Part shown: one piece after another, positions 27,557 to 41,094 of the stretch
Numbering within the stretch: the stretch's first letter is position 1
How the letters are laid out: each line of letters opens with the position of its first letter
Assembly (NCBI GenBank): GCA_905331295.1
Contig: CAJNYD010000001.1
Span: 1-64,000, forward strand
From: Rotaria socialis
Lineage: Eukaryota
Direction: 5' to 3'
Length of the DNA: 64,000 nt
The notes under the pieces: model-generated
Told to the model about the DNA's origin: nothing
The model's database searches: none
The model's input: the letters and a program-made list of their open reading frames with translations, nothing else
Position numbers and translations under genes: made by a program

Positions 27557-27642
27557 ATAATAAATTTATCGTTAACCATTGATTATAAATAAACTAATGT
27601 AAATTATTGTTGAAATAGATTTTTATTCAGATAATATTAATC
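27557..27642 (+). repeat. 86-bp direct repeat, copy 1
   Basis: Matches 35489-35574 with one mismatch (gttaacc/gttcacc). Confidence 0.95.
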
Positions 27643-30600
27643 CATATAATAATCTATATAATAATGCTGAGTGTCTGTTCGATCCCTCTCCCATTGGTCC
27701 ATTTTTTCAACCAATCGGCTTTGAAGAAACATTTCCTCCGTTTTTTTNAATAGTGTCGGAAAGTGCAGTAGAAACATTGGTTTCTGTCTTTGGGTGTCGA
27801 GACCTACTCTCAGTATGGAGCGGCCCGATTTGACTGGTGTTCTGTCCATATCAATAGTTGCATCAGCGAAAGTTGGCCAAACTGTCAATAGTATTTTCAG
27901 TGGTGAATCTCAATCAAAAGCATGTCTCCGAGGTAAATTGCTGAGGAGATCGGAACGGATCCGGGAAAGACGTGCAAAGAAGCCAAGCATGGTGAGACAG
28001 AAGCGGGTGAGTGCTGATGCTGAGCGACACCGGAAGAGTCGAAAACTTGAAAATAAGGAGGATTCGAAGAATCGAAAAAAAGCGGGATGCTTTACGCCAT
28101 CGGAGTCGTCGAGAACGTGTTGAATCTTTTCTACATGTTGAAATGGATAGCGCTATTGTATCTTATGGTTACCTCGGTAGAATGGATTGTAAGTGTCGAC
28201 AATGCGGCGCGCTACGTACACTTTAAATGTGAGATCGCATCTGGGAGAAAAGATGAATACAAGCAATGCTGTCACTATGGGTCTGTTGAGCTTCCTCCAC
28301 TGCTGCCACGTCCAGATGAAATGAAAGTCCTTCTTCAAGCTGCAGATGTAGATGGTAGAAATTTCAGAGAACATGTTCGAAATTACAATAGCACTCTGGC
28401 ATTTGCATCCCCAGGAAAATGAATCCTAGCCTAGGATCCGATGAGTTCCGACCGGTTCCTAGTGGAATCCGACGGAGCTCTTCGGAAGGCGCAAGGAAAC
28501 TCTCGGATTATCGTCGGATTCCTGGTTCCGGAATCGATATCAGATCCTAATATCGGAAACTAATAAAATCCGACAGTAACCGTTAATCGGAGCCGGAATG
28601 CTTCGGATTTCATTGGTTCCGACAAGCGGATATCATTGGAAATACGACTGTCGGATCCGACATTGATTCCTCAACCAAAAATTCAACGGAATTTCGTCGG
28701 ATGGTAGGATCCCATAGAATCCAATGGGATTCGGTATCGGATTGATTCACCTGGGATTGGGTGTTCAGATTGTTGCACCAACGACTCGTGGACCGTACTG
28801 CTTTCGAATTCATGGGCAGATTTATCATCGAATCAGTGCGCTTCATCCAGGAGCAGACCAGAGGGGTCAGTACGGCCAGCTGTAAATCTTAGATTCGGCT
28901 CTGGCCTTACAAGAGCGAATGGGAAATGTTGGAAATTATTGCTGCAATAAAAATATCATGAAAATGCTAGGCAATGTAATGGCAAGAATCAGTTCGTTTG
29001 TTGCCGCGTTCAAAATGATGTATGAAGTTGAGCAAGAAGAGATTCATCGATCTGAGAGAGAGAAACGAGCACCTACTTCGGCTTGAATGATTTTTGATAA
29101 CAATTGTCGAATGCGAGATCAACGTCGATACAATCTTCCACGAGCCTATGAAGTAGCAGCGGTTTTCTTCGGGGACAATGGAGAGGTTCCGAAATATCGG
29201 CATGTCGCTGTTCACTCACGGGGTCAAAACCGCCTTGCATTTCATCGACAAAATCAGAAGATTCTTCGAGTAGAACTGTACAAAGGTCTGATGGATCATC
29301 TAGCAAGTGAGGCTGCTATACAAGGATCTAAACTCAGAAGAATAATAATTCTTCCGTCAAGTTTTCAAGGAAGTTCTAGAGCAATGCAACAGAATTATCA
29401 AGATGCAATGGGAATCGTCCAAAAATGCGGAAAACCTGGCTTATTCATCACATTCACGTGCAATCCGAGATGGAAAGAAATTGAAGAGCAGCTTTTCCCC
29501 GGTCAAACTTCTTCTGATAGACCAGACCTCATTGCAAGAGTTTTCAGACTCAAATTAAAACAATTCATTGATGATATCGTCAGAAACCATATATTTGGAC
29601 GCACAGTGGCTCATTTGTTTGTGATCGAATTTCAAAAACGAGGACTGCCTCATTGTCACACGCTCATCATTTTGACGAACGAAAGCAAACAGAGAGATAG
29701 TAATTCCGTTGACCGTATCGTATCCAGCGAAATCCCAAATGCTGACCAAAATCCTCAGTTGTATGAAATAGTGAAGAGTCATATGATTCATGGACCGTGT
29801 GGGGTACTAAACAAAAATTCCCCTTGTATGGAAGATGGAAAGTGCACCAAGGAATTTCCAAAAGAGTTTCGGAATGAGACAGCTTCAAATAAGGATGGCT
29901 ATCCATGATATAGAAGACGAGATAATAGGGTCATTACCAAGGTGGGAAAGTATGAGGTTGACAATCGATGGGTAGTTCCGTATAACCCACCCTTGCTCAT
30001 GAAATATGACGCTCATATTAATGTGGAAGTCTGTGCAACCGTGAAAAGTATTAAGTATCTATTCAAATATGTTTACAAGGGACACGATTGCGCTAATATT
30101 AAACTGGAACTACCTGTTAAAGACGGTGCAACTTTTGCCAAAACTCTGGAATGGGATGAAATTAAAGCCCATCTCGATGCTAGATATGCCAGTGTACCAG
30201 AAGCTGTATGGAGACTCTTTGAATTTCGACTACATGACAAGTCTCATTCTATTATCCGATTAGCTATTCATCTTCCCAATATGCAACCCGTCTATTTTGC
30301 AGAAGGAAATGAATTAGAAGCGTTAAATCGCGCAACTGAGAAGGACACAACCCTCATTGCATGGTTCAAATTAAATCGTGACAACTTAGTTGCCAGAAGA
30401 TATCTGTATCATGATATTCCGAATCACTTCGTTTTCGACCGAGAAAACAAATGGAAGCGTCGACAGCAAGGTGGAAAAGTCATTAGTAGAATTATTCCGT
30501 TAGTCCGAGAGATACAGAACGCTACCATCTTCGCCTGCTATTATTGCATACACCAGGTGCCTGCAGTTTTGAGGAGCTGAAGACAGTAGATAACGAAATC

Positions 30601-31410
30601 TGTCAGACATTTCTGGATGACGCTAAAAGACGAGGTCTGTTATGCGATGACACTGAACATGAGAGGTGCATGGCTGAAGCAGTAATCTTTCAGATGCCAT
30701 CACAGCTGAGAACACTATTCTGTGTGATCCTTCTGCATTGTAACCGCAGCAATCTGATAGATCTATGGAATTCATTCAAAACAAATATGGCCGAGGATTT
30801 TATGCGCCACTTCGACGCTGAAACAGCAGAAGCAATGGTGTTTTATGATATTGAAGCGATGTTGTGATAACAAGGGTGAAGTTTTAGCGACTTTGACATA
30901 CCAATACCATCCATGTTTTGTCCATTACAATCAAAAAACATCAACAAAGAAGAAGAGCTTCGCTTCGGACAGGAAATGTACGAAACACTGAACGAAGCCC
31001 AACGTTCAGCAGTGGATAAGATACTTGGAGCGTATCATAGACGATCAGCAACGACTGCACCATGTTTCTTTATAGATGTGCCTGGTGGTACAGGAAAAAC
31101 TTATCTCTACAATACTCTGTGCTATTTATTCAAAGGACAAGGTGTCAGTGGTTTAACAGTTGCATGGACCGGGATTGCTGCGAATTTATTGGCTGAAGGG
31201 AGAACGGTTCACAGTCGTTTTAAACTTCCAGTGCCTCTCTTGCAGACGTCTACATCCAGTATTCGATCAAACACCAAGAAAGCCGACACAATTAGAAAGG
31301 CTGACGTCGTCATTTGGGACGAAGCACTGATGGTCCGATCCTACGCACTTAAAGCAGTTGATATTTTACTTAGAGATATAATGAACATAAATGTACCTTT
31401 CGGAAATGAT
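27641..31410 (+). mobile_element. Helitron, decayed and 3'-truncated (RepHel pseudogene)
   Basis: 5' end A|TC(C/T)ATATAATAA. Zn-like CRQC..HFKCE..CC. Rep motifs LFITFTCNP, VIEFQKRGLPHCH, KYLFKYVYKG. PIF1 helicase PGGTGKT, WTGIAANLL, IWDEA. Stops and frameshifts throughout; breaks after VPFG. Confidence 0.95.
28410..28755. mobile_element. CCCAGG-ended MITE nested in the Helitron ORF
   Basis: Ends cccaggaaaatgaatcc ... ggattgattcacctggg; rich in TCCGA/TCGGA. Removal rejoins FAS|LGVQI...GPYCFRIHGQIYH in frame. Confidence 0.85.
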
Positions 31411-31429
31411 GCAATGATTGGTAAATAAC

Positions 31430-31805
31430 ATAAAATGGACGTAGGTGAAGCATCACTGAACAATAAATATATTAATATGATATTATAAAATCCCATCAAG
31501 TATCCAGTGAATACCAACAATTAAAAATTGCTTGGAATAATATTGCAGTTGGGTTCTATGGCACATCGAATGTTTCAGCCATTTATACTTCTCCAACATT
31601 CAATGCCACAAACGTTGTTATTCATACTTTCTAAGAGCGACTTTGATTCATTTATCATTTTAAAAGTTGGAATATCATACAAAAATTTAACATTATGTAT
31701 CAGCCCGTAAAAATAACAAGACATAAAACCACTGATAATTAATGCCATATAAAGCAAAACAGAATGCTTTTGATATACTAATATCGACTGAATGCGAACA
31801 CCCAT
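31430..31805 (-). pseudogene. Pseudogene fragment of unknown family (paralog of 32658-33148)
   Basis: IISGFMSCYFYGLIHNVKFLYDIPTFKMINESKSLLESMNNN aligns with the plus-strand copy. Confidence 0.6.
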
Positions 31806-32070
31806 TTAAATATCTGTGAATTTTTGGCGTGAAAATTTCGCTTTATTTATTTGTTGCGAATATACAAGTGAATCATAAATATAACGAATAGAATAATGCA
31901 TACTATTGTTCATGCTATAAAATATGGATTACTTGAGATGATCTCATCCAAGCAATCGAAATTCTGCTTGACTCACTATTCAACAGAAACAGACTTCAGA
32001 GGCTAATTACTATGTAAAACTACCAATAATTCTTTTTACTAATAAATTATTACAGATTCATTGCTATTTT

Positions 32071-32425
32071 ACCAGGACGAACAATCCGATACCTGGATCC
32101 AACCTGATTCGATCGGATTTCGATCGGTTCCTGCAGGATTCTACGCAACTCCGGGTTGCGAACCCACCCACGGATCCCTAGTGCTGGAATTCGATCGATT
32201 TTTGCAGGAACCAGTGAAAACCCGATAGGTTTCTTTATGACCTCGTTGGAATCCGACTTCTAAAATTCGTATCGAATTCGGTTGTTGGATTTGATCGGAT
32301 GTTCACCGGATTCCAACACTAGGGATCCGTTAGTAGTTCCTCAACCCGGAATCTCATGGGACTTTGTCGGCTCGTCGGATTTTATAAGATTCGATCGGAT
32401 TCGGTATCGGATTCATTCATCTGGG
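32071..32425. mobile_element. CCCAGG-ended MITE, same type as 28410-28755
   Basis: accaggacgaacaatccgatacc ... ggtatcggattcattcatctggg; right end nearly identical to 28728-28755. Confidence 0.8.
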
Positions 32426-32657
32426 TAGATAACTACTGTTGGACTAGGTGCCACTACATACTGCTACTATCAGACACGAGACCTCACATATATTTATATA
32501 TATATATATATGGCATATATATTGTCACTTCTTATGATTCAATATTGGTATTTTCGATTATTTAAGCTAATCCATATTTTATCACATGAACAACGACATG
32601 CACTCGTATGTTTTTTATATCCATATATACAAGTATCGTCACAAAAGATAAAGAAGA

Positions 32658-33148
32658 ATGTCAACTTCGAAAGAATGCACATATTTAAAATGGTGCTACT
32701 CGCCGTCTGGTATTAGCATGTTTTCAGCAGTCACCATGTTCGCTGCTGTTGTAATAATCAATGAGTTTATGCCAGCATATTTTTACGCATTGGTAAAGCA
32801 TCAAAAAGTTTTGAATGATAATCCATCGTTTATAATGATTAATCAATCAAAATCGTTCATGGAAAGTGTGAATAATAACACTTCTGGTTTTGAATTATTA
32901 GAGAAGTTCAAATGACTGACAGAATTCGATGTGCTTACCGAACAGAACTACAATATTGTACCACTCAATCTAAAGTATTTGAGATACTCAGGCTATGTTA
33001 TGGTCTTTTACAATACGGCCTTGATGCATTTGTTATTGAACGGAATATTTCCTGTTTCTATGATATAATGTGTGCCAATAATTGCATCATTGATACCGGG
33101 GTTTATCCACCCAACACAATTAGTCATATTGGGTTTTTTGTAAGTTAG
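32658..33148 (+). pseudogene. Pseudogene fragment of unknown family (paralog of 31430-31805)
   Basis: IINEFMPAYFYALVKHQKVLNDNPSFIMINQSKSFMESVNNN, then stop/frameshift into IRCAYRTELQY. Confidence 0.6.
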
Positions 33149-33240
33149 CCAAGTGGTTGTGGCAATTATCATAACCGTTACTTCTATTGCGTCGAAAGAA
33201 AAAAAAGTACAAATCGGCTACAGCTTCAAATTTGGATACG

Positions 33241-33930
33241 CACCCTAGTGAAACATCTTGTAAGCAAGATCTGAGACTCTTGGGATCGGTAAGTAAGATC
33301 TTATCAAGATCTTAAAAAGATAATGTATATATGTACATATCTTGGTTGTATCAGATAGATCTGTGCCTAAGATCTTCGCAAGATCATGGAAAAGATATCG
33401 TTTACTATTATCTTCTCACAAGATCTTGAGTAAAACAGAAAGCGACATCGTTAGTTTATTTAGATAGGCTATCTAGCCATTCACCGTTTTTTATGCATAC
33501 AGAACTGAATATAAGCAACATGATTGAACATGCAAAAAAATAAGTTTTCAAAATAATTTTTTTTCTAAATTATTTCTCGATTATTGATTATTCGAGAGAA
33601 TGTTTATCTCGATCGATGATCGAGAGAGGACTACCCTAAATTTGTCTGACGAATATCGGACCAACGTAAAGCCGGTCAGACCTCAACATCTGACTTGCTT
33701 GAGCTATTCGGGACAGGAATAATTAATATTAAAATAAATTCAAAAAAAAGTATCAAACCTTCTTTCAGAATGCATCATTCAAGATTTCATGAATTCTTAT
33801 TTAAGATCTGTAATAAGATCTTGGTACAAGATAATCGTATTATTATGTACCTAAATTTTCAAGATCTGTTCACTTATCTGTACCCAAGATCTTTGCGAAG
33901 ATCTTACTTACAAGATGTTTCACTAGGGTG
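33241..33930. mobile_element. 690-bp MITE with 32-bp TIR CACCCTAGTGAAACATCTTGTAAG(C/T)AAGATCT
   Basis: TIRs at 33241-33272 and 33899-33930 (one mismatch); many subterminal AAGATCT motifs; CAC start resembles the CMC/EnSpm-type termini. Confidence 0.9.
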
Positions 33931-35488
33931 CACAAATCATGCTAATTTTTTATACTAACTTTTGCTGTTATTTTATTTACTGATAACTAGAAGTACTAAT
34001 TGTTGGTGACTTTTTGTTGTCATTGTCTTTGCAGATCTTTTGAAGAGTTGTGATGTTACTAAATAAAAACTTTTTTATCATGCAAAAGAATCATTTATGC
34101 AGATATTTCACTTTTTGAATCACGATGACCTGTTAAAAATTGACATGATGCACTAAAAGTTCGACATTCATGACGTCTTGATTTACTAAACATTAGATTT
34201 TGATGATGTAAAATAGTACTTTCTTCATAGACAAAAAATACTTTTTTTGGCCTAAATTAACCATGACATTGAGTGACTGACAATAAATTCGACGACTTAG
34301 TACAAGAAGAGGTTCCAATGAACGAATGTGGGTGGTTTCTACACTGGTTGTCTTCAAACTATGCAATATACCAAGATTTTGCTCATTCCGGATAAAAGTA
34401 ATGCTATGAGTATGAAAGTTTTAATAATGAACATAGTTGCTTTTGTTCCACAAAAATAAACAGGATCAATAAACGATGAACAAACAGAGAAAATTTTACC
34501 TGAAGTCACTGTGCAGGTTTCAAGGTGGGTGAGCAATGAAGCTATTTTCGTATAAACAATCACTTCTAAGAGAGAACTTTTTCTAAAAGCATGTATCAGT
34601 GTAAGCACTTTTAATATTGATTTCTTTTCGAGCAAAAGGAATGATAGTATATTGTGTGTAATAATTTGTGTATGAAATGAATTTTTATTATACGTAATGG
34701 TTTCAACATTCTCTATTGTCTCCTATACCATTGTAAACATTTCGTTTCTCCTAACCAATTATTTTGCAAATTATGAAATGTGGCATAAGAATAAATCAGA
34801 TTAATCAATAAAAAACTCAACCGATATATTTGATTATTCTGAATAAGTTGTAGTGTCAATTGTTAGCACTTGGTATTTGCAGCAACATGATTTTTCTTAT
34901 GTTCTACCTATCATTGAGCATTAATATTTTTATAGATACATAATTCAAGATTAGACTCGGTTCCAGTCATATGTTATTACTCCTTGAGTCATTGCGCTTC
35001 TATCAATATTTGTTTATTCAACTCGCATTCCTTGATGCTTTATGTCTCTTATATCATTTCCTCTCTTCTCTCTGGCTCAATTGATTCTTAATAAAGAGAA
35101 CATCGAGAAGGTACCAGAGATCCTCTAATAGACTGGTTACTCAGTTATTTTCTACAGGTGAGGATACCCATCCATATGCAGACGAGTAAATTCTAAATTG
35201 ATTTTTAATTCGTTTAGACACAAAAACTGAGGAAAAACGTATTATATTGGGTTTTTATGATGAATCAAAGTTTTAAAATGTTTAAATTAGATTTCTCTTT
35301 GCTAAAATAAGTTTTTACATATTTACCAGATGTACGATGTCTTAAACAGAGATTCGCGTTTTTCTTGGCACGATTTTCCAAACGATCGACTCGAACTCAG
35401 ATTGCACTGATCCCAAATAGATCTCAACAAAACCAACCATGATTTCAGGTAGAATAGGAAATATGTTTAACATAAAATTTTCACACGT

Positions 35489-35574
35489 ATAATAAATTTA
35501 TCGTTCACCATTGATTATAAATAAACTAATGTAAATTATTGTTGAAATAGATTTTTATTCAGATAATATTAATC
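35489..35574 (+). repeat. 86-bp direct repeat, copy 2
   Basis: Matches 27557-27642. Confidence 0.95.
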
Positions 35575-38500
35575 TAGAAATAAAGAAATAAGATTATTTC
35601 ATAAAATTCTAATTGAATCATAGACAAATTTAGTCAAATATAGCAACATAAATGAAACATATTTTATTAAGAATAAATAGAACTAAATGAATCAATTATG
35701 AAATAATAATTATATATATGCACATTGAATAAAAGAATAAAAACGATTTTAAAAGATGAGAGAGATCAACATCATTTACTAATATCAATTATAGAAGGAT
35801 TAAGAATGATTCAAATAAAAATTGAATTTTAATTTTAATTAATTGATTGAAATGTAATTATGATCTTATTGAAAATTTTATCAACTACATGAAAAAAATA
35901 TAGTAAAATTGAGATCATTGTTCCATATTCTCTATTTATCGTGAAATATATCTAATCTATTCGATAATATTATATATATGTAATAAGATCGACATTCGAA
36001 ATCATTGTCAAATCTTTAAACTATGATTTGAATTAGTTTATGTCGAGTGAATTCGTAGAATTTGACAATTATTCAAAACGAAAATTCTTTAGTAAAACCA
36101 TTTTTAGTAAAATACTGAGTTAATAACTTGTTCATATTAATTATTAAAATATCTCAATCTAATTTTTTTCTTTTCTAATGATTTTCTTTAATTTTTACTA
36201 TTTAAAAATAATATGCCTCATGTTTCTTTTTAGATCTTCTTTAAATAAAGTTTAAAATCAATAATGATTACGTATGAAAATCATGATCAAATAAGAATGA
36301 AAAAATATCTATGGAAAATTCGAAAGTAAAAATCTGATAAAATTTTTACATGTTATGAATGATTTAGAGAAATAAACCGTACTGGTAATGATAGTTGTTC
36401 AAATGACCTGACTAATTATTAATAATCTAGTTAACCCCTTTATTTATTGAGGAGAAATTATCATTAAAATTTTCATGTTCTCTTTAAATCTTATTATGTT
36501 TATTCCTATATTAATCAGCTAATGGGATTCAATATGTAATATTAGTGCGATACATAATCCTATAATGGATAATATATATATAATACAAGAGAAATATTCC
36601 AATGGACACCAGTTACTCGAAAAAGTGTAAAATAATTTCAAAAATTTGACTTTTCGTTCAGGATTTTTTGTAAAGTAATTTATTTTATAGTTGTTCAAAT
36701 CGATTTTTTATATTCAATCTTATCAGTTTGTTTTCTCTTCTTCGATTCTTTGTTTATATTGGCTAAAAGTTTTCTGAACTAACAAATCCGAATTTCTTAT
36801 AAAATTTTCAAAATTCTTGAGTTCAATTGTTTCTTTGATTTCAATCCTATTTCCTGTGGCATACATACGTTTCATAACATTCGATGATTCGTTTGAAATG
36901 TAAGAAATTCAGACTCATTAACTCATATAAGGTTCAGTTCAATTTAATAAGAACGTAATTCTTTTCGAAAATAGTCTTACTTTCAATGAAAAGATCGAAT
37001 TGCAATAATTTGAGTCAGAGCCACATTCATAGCTATCAACAGTAACATTGAATTTAATTCAAAAACTATTTATATAAAACAGCACTTTCAACAGCAAAGT
37101 GTACTTAACTGATAGTGCTTCAAATCTTCACTTTTCGTCGCTTCAATTCAATAAATATATTATTTGAGATCCTTTTCGAAGTTATTATTTCATTAAGATA
37201 AAAATTTTAAAATAAACAATCAATCTGAATACGTTACCTTGTCAATGCTCTATACGCATAAAAGAAAAAGTATTTTATCTTGAGTGCCTACATTTTTAGC
37301 ACAATGACAAAAAAACAAACATATTATCAACCGTAGTATAAAATAGACAAATGTTTTGATTTCCCTCTAATAAGATGAGCATAGATTTTTATTTTTCACT
37401 CATATCAATTTTTTCAATCGTCTGATATTATTTGATCGCTTTGAACATTTTTCATTTTGTATTCTTTTCTATTGAAAATAATTTTAATGATTATTAATCA
37501 TAGTAGTCAAGCATCATAATTCGATATCGATGCCGAACAATTGTTACGTGTTACGTATAGAAAAAAATGATTTGTCAAAATATATCAAATGCATATTGGA
37601 ATAGTATATCTATAATTTTTTTGTTTGTTTTTCTTCGTCATCATGATGAAGCTCATTAGAGAAGGAGTGTCAAATGTTTATCTATTTAATAAGATTTATT
37701 TGTATGCATTTTTTTAGATAGAAAAGACAACAAGATTAAAAAGATAAAAAGATGAAAAGGAAAAAAGAATAGAAGACGAATTATTATTTAACAAAGGCAA
37801 GTTGAAAGATAGATGAAAGAAAAGAAAAGCACCTTTACAAAGAAACAGACTAGCATACGATATGTTTTAATGTATGTTCGTCATCAGTACATCAATTAAG
37901 AACGTTATTCATTCTCTTTGAAGACAAAATTTACAATCTATATATTGATTTAATCTTTTCTTTTAATGAATTCAATTCAAATACATTAGGCTGTCAACGG
38001 GTATTATTTACTTGGATGATCATATCGATTTGATCAACATTTTCTAGAATTGTTAAGTATATTATCATTTTATTGGTGATGTTTGATGTGTTTAAAAATT
38101 TATTTAAAACAGAAAAACAAGTTACAGTTTCAAATTATTTCATATAATCAACCAACAAATATAGATAATAAAAGATAAATTTTAACGAACAAGTCTTGCT
38201 CAATTCAGTGTATCTTATGGTCGATATTGTGCATTGACTGCCTATATAATAATTTTTTTTCACTATATTTGTACAATAGGCTTGTTGCATTTCTATTGCT
38301 ATTGATATAAATAAACGATAACAGTGAAAACGTGGCTAAAAAATTTAACCATAAATCTTTTCAATATTTATATCAGTTTAATCTTTGAAAAAAATCAATT
38401 TGGTTTCATTCGTTAAATAAATTCGAAATGGAAAAATATATACACGATAGAGACAAATATTTCAATGTTCTTCTCTCTTTTTTTCTTGATAAATGAATGA

Positions 38501-39276
38501 TTTTTTTGTTGAAAGAAAACTTTTGATTTGTGTTTGTTAGTATCTCTCTACATAGCGGCATTTAAATGGGAAAAGCATCTGCATCAATTATTTTTTAGGA
38601 TATAAAGGATCTTTTTTTAAGAAGTTTAGATCCTTTCCAGGTAATAATCTTTTTTCATATGCATTTTTAAGTACGGTTGACTGATATTTTACAGCATCTA
38701 TCCTAGAATGTGAGGTGTTTATCTGCAACTAAAAAATAGATATAGCTAACATCCTCGAGATTTGAAAATAAATCACGATTCTAAAATCAATTAGTAGAGA
38801 AATAGTAAATATCTACTAGAATAAAATACAAGTAAACAGTATAAAAGTGACCTAGTTCATTGAAACAAATGATGAATTAAAATGACGAACAGAAAAAATA
38901 CATTAACTCACGTATTTTTCTCTTCTTATATTTGAGAAATTCAAAGTTGTAAATCTTTTTTGAACACTAATACCTTTAATTTTCAGTACTCTGATAGAAA
39001 CGACGGGAAAATCCTCACAAATACCTGAAAGAGTTGTTATAAATTTGATTTAACCTCTATCGCGCTATGACTATGAGAGATTCAAAAGCGTAATTCTAGC
39101 ATAACATAAATTTAGAAATCTAATGTAGATGCTTCAAATATCAATCTATTCTGTTGGAAAAATCTATCGAAAAAGAATATTAATTAAAGAAGATCGAAAC
39201 TTGTTAGAATTCGTTTAATGATTTAAATCTGTGCTATATATAGATTTTGGAATAAAATTTAAAACTAAAATACACG

Positions 39277-40400
39277 ATGATTATAAAACTAAACAATAAA
39301 ATCAATTTAATCAATTTCTTGATAATATTTGTAAATGTAAAAGAAATTCATTTAAATGTTTGTGTAAATCTAAATGAAAGTGAAACAGGTAATTATGAAA
39401 TAAATAAATAAAATAAATAAAATAAAACATATTTATTTTAGAAAAAAAGCTAATGTTTGATTGTTCTCAATTTGTAAATGATTATGAAATAATTAATTTT
39501 TTTCCTTATCTAGTTCAATTAAATCCAGAATTTCAATATTCTACAAAAACTTATGCATTAATGAATGAAGAACATTCAATTTTTTATATTAATATTGCTT
39601 ATCAAATCTATGTTCCATCAATAATTAATTGCTTAAAATATTTAATAAAATTAGATATACGAAATACAAGTTTTTGTGATATGAAAAAAGGAATTCTTGT
39701 TCATATGAAATATTTACCATCATCACTGATTCATTTAGGTATTTATGATTGTTTTATTGAAAATATATTTGAAGAAATTGGAAAATTGATTCGTCTTGAA
39801 ACATTAGAATTATCAAATATCAATTTAATTAATGTTCCAAATCAAATTGGAAATTTATCTTCATTAAGTTTTTTATCATTACCGAATAATAAATTAATTC
39901 ATATACCATCCACTATTAAAAATCTTCATTTATTATCAAAAATAAATTTAAAAAATAATCGTCAACTTCGTTCAATTCAAATGTTAAATGGTTTAAAATC
40001 ACTTAAAATCTTAGATGTAAGACATTGTTCAATTGACCGTCTTCCACTTTATTTATCTCAATTAACTAATTTATATATGTCAAATAATTATCTTATTAAT
40101 CTTGTTGGCATTGAAACACTAGGTTATGAAAATAGTTATAAAAAATATTTTTATTTTGACATCAATCGTATTGAATTAATTCCAACAAGAATTCGTTATG
40201 TTAAAAATCTTTATTGGTTAAATCTGAATAATAATTATTTAGAGAACTTACCAAAAGATATATTTAATATTATGACACTTTCGTATTTATATATGCAATA
40301 TAATCGTTTTCATCATCAACAATTAGAATTTATTGCTAATAAATTCAAATATAATAATCCAAATTTAACATTGATTTATTCAAATAAATCATTTATGTAA
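39277..40400 (+). CDS. Leucine-rich-repeat protein, possibly secreted
   Basis: Exon 1 39277-39388 with a hydrophobic stretch, phase-1 intron, exon 2 from 39442. LxxLxLxxNxLxxLPxxI repeats (LETLELSNINLINVPNQIGNLSSLSFLSLPNNKLIHIP). Confidence 0.85.
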
Positions 40401-41094
40401 TATTTTTCTTTCAAAATATTTACTTGAGATTTTTCTCTTTTATTTTATTTAAAAAGAACAGCGAAAAACAGAAAATCAACTGTAAAATAAATCTAAATAT
40501 GTATTTGTTTTCTATGTTCTCACATTGTATTTTCTACTGTTGGATATATACTATCTACTTACAAAAATGTAAATATAATCTCTATTGGATTGAGATATGA
40601 TTAACAATTCTTTTTTGTTGAAACCGGAATACATAACATACATAAACCAATGAATTCTCATTTAATTCATTAAAATTGTCAACTTATGGAAATATCATCT
40701 TTATTAAATTGAAAATTATAATGCAATTATGTTATATACAGAATAATAATAATAATGTGTTGCGATTGTATATCTTTAAAGTAGTTTTTCGAAATGTTTC
40801 AATTCTATTTGTGTAAACAGTATTTGGTTCTTTTATACAAAAGAATTCATAATAAATCATGTTCAACATTTATTTTTATTTTCTTATCCTAAAAAATTGA
40901 ATAGGATTTATTAAACATAATATTTATGTTTTCTTTTTGATTAAATTTTTCATAAAAATTATTTTCTATACGTAAGTTTAAAGAGAAAAGATAAATAAAG
41001 ACTTATTTGTATTGAATAAACACACATTCACACATAACAATTAAATAGTGAATATAAAAATTGAATTTTATGTTAATATTTAAAATTTTTATTT

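Noticed and set aside
33241..33250. CTAG as the Helitron 3' end
   Set aside because: It is part of the MITE TIR and lacks an upstream hairpin.
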